This document shows, piece after piece, positions 35,263 to 35,986 of a stretch of DNA of 35,986 nucleotides (the stretch's first letter is position 1; each line of letters opens with the position of its first letter). A program made the position numbers and the translations under genes. The stretch covers positions 1 through 35,986 of the forward strand of contig JANOAV010000013.1 of NCBI GenBank assembly GCA_031411295.1, written 5' to 3'. The notes beneath the pieces were generated by a model. That model worked only from the letters and a program-made list of their open reading frames with translations. It was not told where the DNA came from and searched no databases. Source of the stretch: Verrucomicrobiales bacterium. GTDB lineage: Bacteria; Verrucomicrobiota; Verrucomicrobiia; Verrucomicrobiales; V1-33.

Positions 35263-35985
35263 TTATTTCGGTAATTTAGCTAAGGCATCCTTGCCACCAA
35301 CCTTCAGCTCTGGGTCATCCTTTTCGAGGTCAGGCATGGCCAAGCCCTTATTCAGGGCGGTTCTGGCCTCGGTGGTCTTCCCCATTTGCGCGTAGGTGCG
35401 TCCTAATTCAATGTAGTGGCGCAGGCGGTTAGGATTCAATGCGATGGCTTTGTCAAAGCAGACGATGGCTTCTTCGTTGGTGGAAGTGGGCAGACTGCCG
35501 TAGAGCAGTTCCGCCATCGTGCGCTTAAAGCCGACCAGGTCCGCGAGCGCCTGATGCCAACGGCCGAGGACGTGCCAGGCGACATCATTTTTAGGATCTA
35601 GTTTGATGGCTTTGTCTGCGGCAGCCTTAATCAAGGGAGAGGCGGCAGCGCGTTCCTTGCTGCCCTGAAAGGCCAGCATTTTACCATAAGTAATGGCTGG
35701 AGACAGCTGCGCCTCAGAATCTGCCGGGGCCAGGGCCGCAGCCCGTAATCCGTAAATCAAGGCCTGGCTACCGAGGCGAAGTTTTTCCTCTGGTGTGGTG
35801 GCATCCGTCATGAGATGTCGGTATTGGCGAGCGATGCGTAGCAGCAGCGGCACGTTATTTGGGTCAAGTTTTTCCGCAGGTAAATATTCCTGTAGAGCTG
35901 CGCTGGCAGCGAACTTCAAGTCCGCAAGATCGCCCTTCACCATGCGTGATTTCACCGAGTCGGCTCCTGCCAAGGGGGCCATTAG
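35263..35985 (-). CDS. Tetratricopeptide-repeat protein (RMDN-like helical pattern), probably 5'-partial
   Basis: 'AEKLDPNNVPLLLRIARQY', 'KAIKLDPKNDVAWHVLGRWH', 'FDKAIALNPNRLRHYIELGRTY'. The frame stays open to the window end. Confidence 0.8.
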   Translation of the reverse strand, partial: LMAPLAGADSVKSRMVKGDLADLKFAASAALQEYLPAEKLDPNNVPLLLRIARQYRHLMTDATTPEEKLRLGSQALIYGLRAAALAPADSEAQLSPAITYGKMLAFQGSKERAAASPLIKAAADKAIKLDPKNDVAWHVLGRWHQALADLVGFKRTMAELLYGSLPTSTNEEAIVCFDKAIALNPNRLRHYIELGRTYAQMGKTTEARTALNKGLAMPDLEKDDPELKVGGKDALAKLPK

Positions 35986-35986
35986 G

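Overview
Bacterial chromosome segment, most likely Verrucomicrobiota. This is inferred from DUF1501, a giant LTD/CotH exported protein with a Verrucomicrobia-style C-terminal tail, and SD-less ribosomal-protein genes. Left part: the 3' end of a probable REP-associated (RAYT/IS200-like) transposase next to a REP-like palindrome, DUF1501, DsbD, and a 2270-aa lamin-tail/CotH-kinase/PKD/malectin protein. Middle: an S10 ribosomal-protein operon reduced to rpsJ-rplC-rplD-rplW-rplB-rpsS. It has its own promoter and structured leader and a terminator directly after rpsS (no rplV/rpsC). It is followed by a REP doublet, a 781-aa pilin-like adhesin and metY. Right part, the most notable system: a compact, partly translationally coupled biosynthetic locus. 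It encodes a single-module highly reducing PKS with fungal-type domain order (KS-AT-DH-cMT-ER-KR-ACP, no TE), a stand-alone condensation domain, a fatty-acid desaturase, a MacB/LolCDE-type ABC exporter, a LolA-like carrier and a divergent AsnB-type amidotransferase. A shared 17-bp operator-like motif flanks asnB. The locus is organised like an envelope-lipid synthesis-and-export pathway of unknown product. All family assignments are by-eye motif recognition, not database searches.
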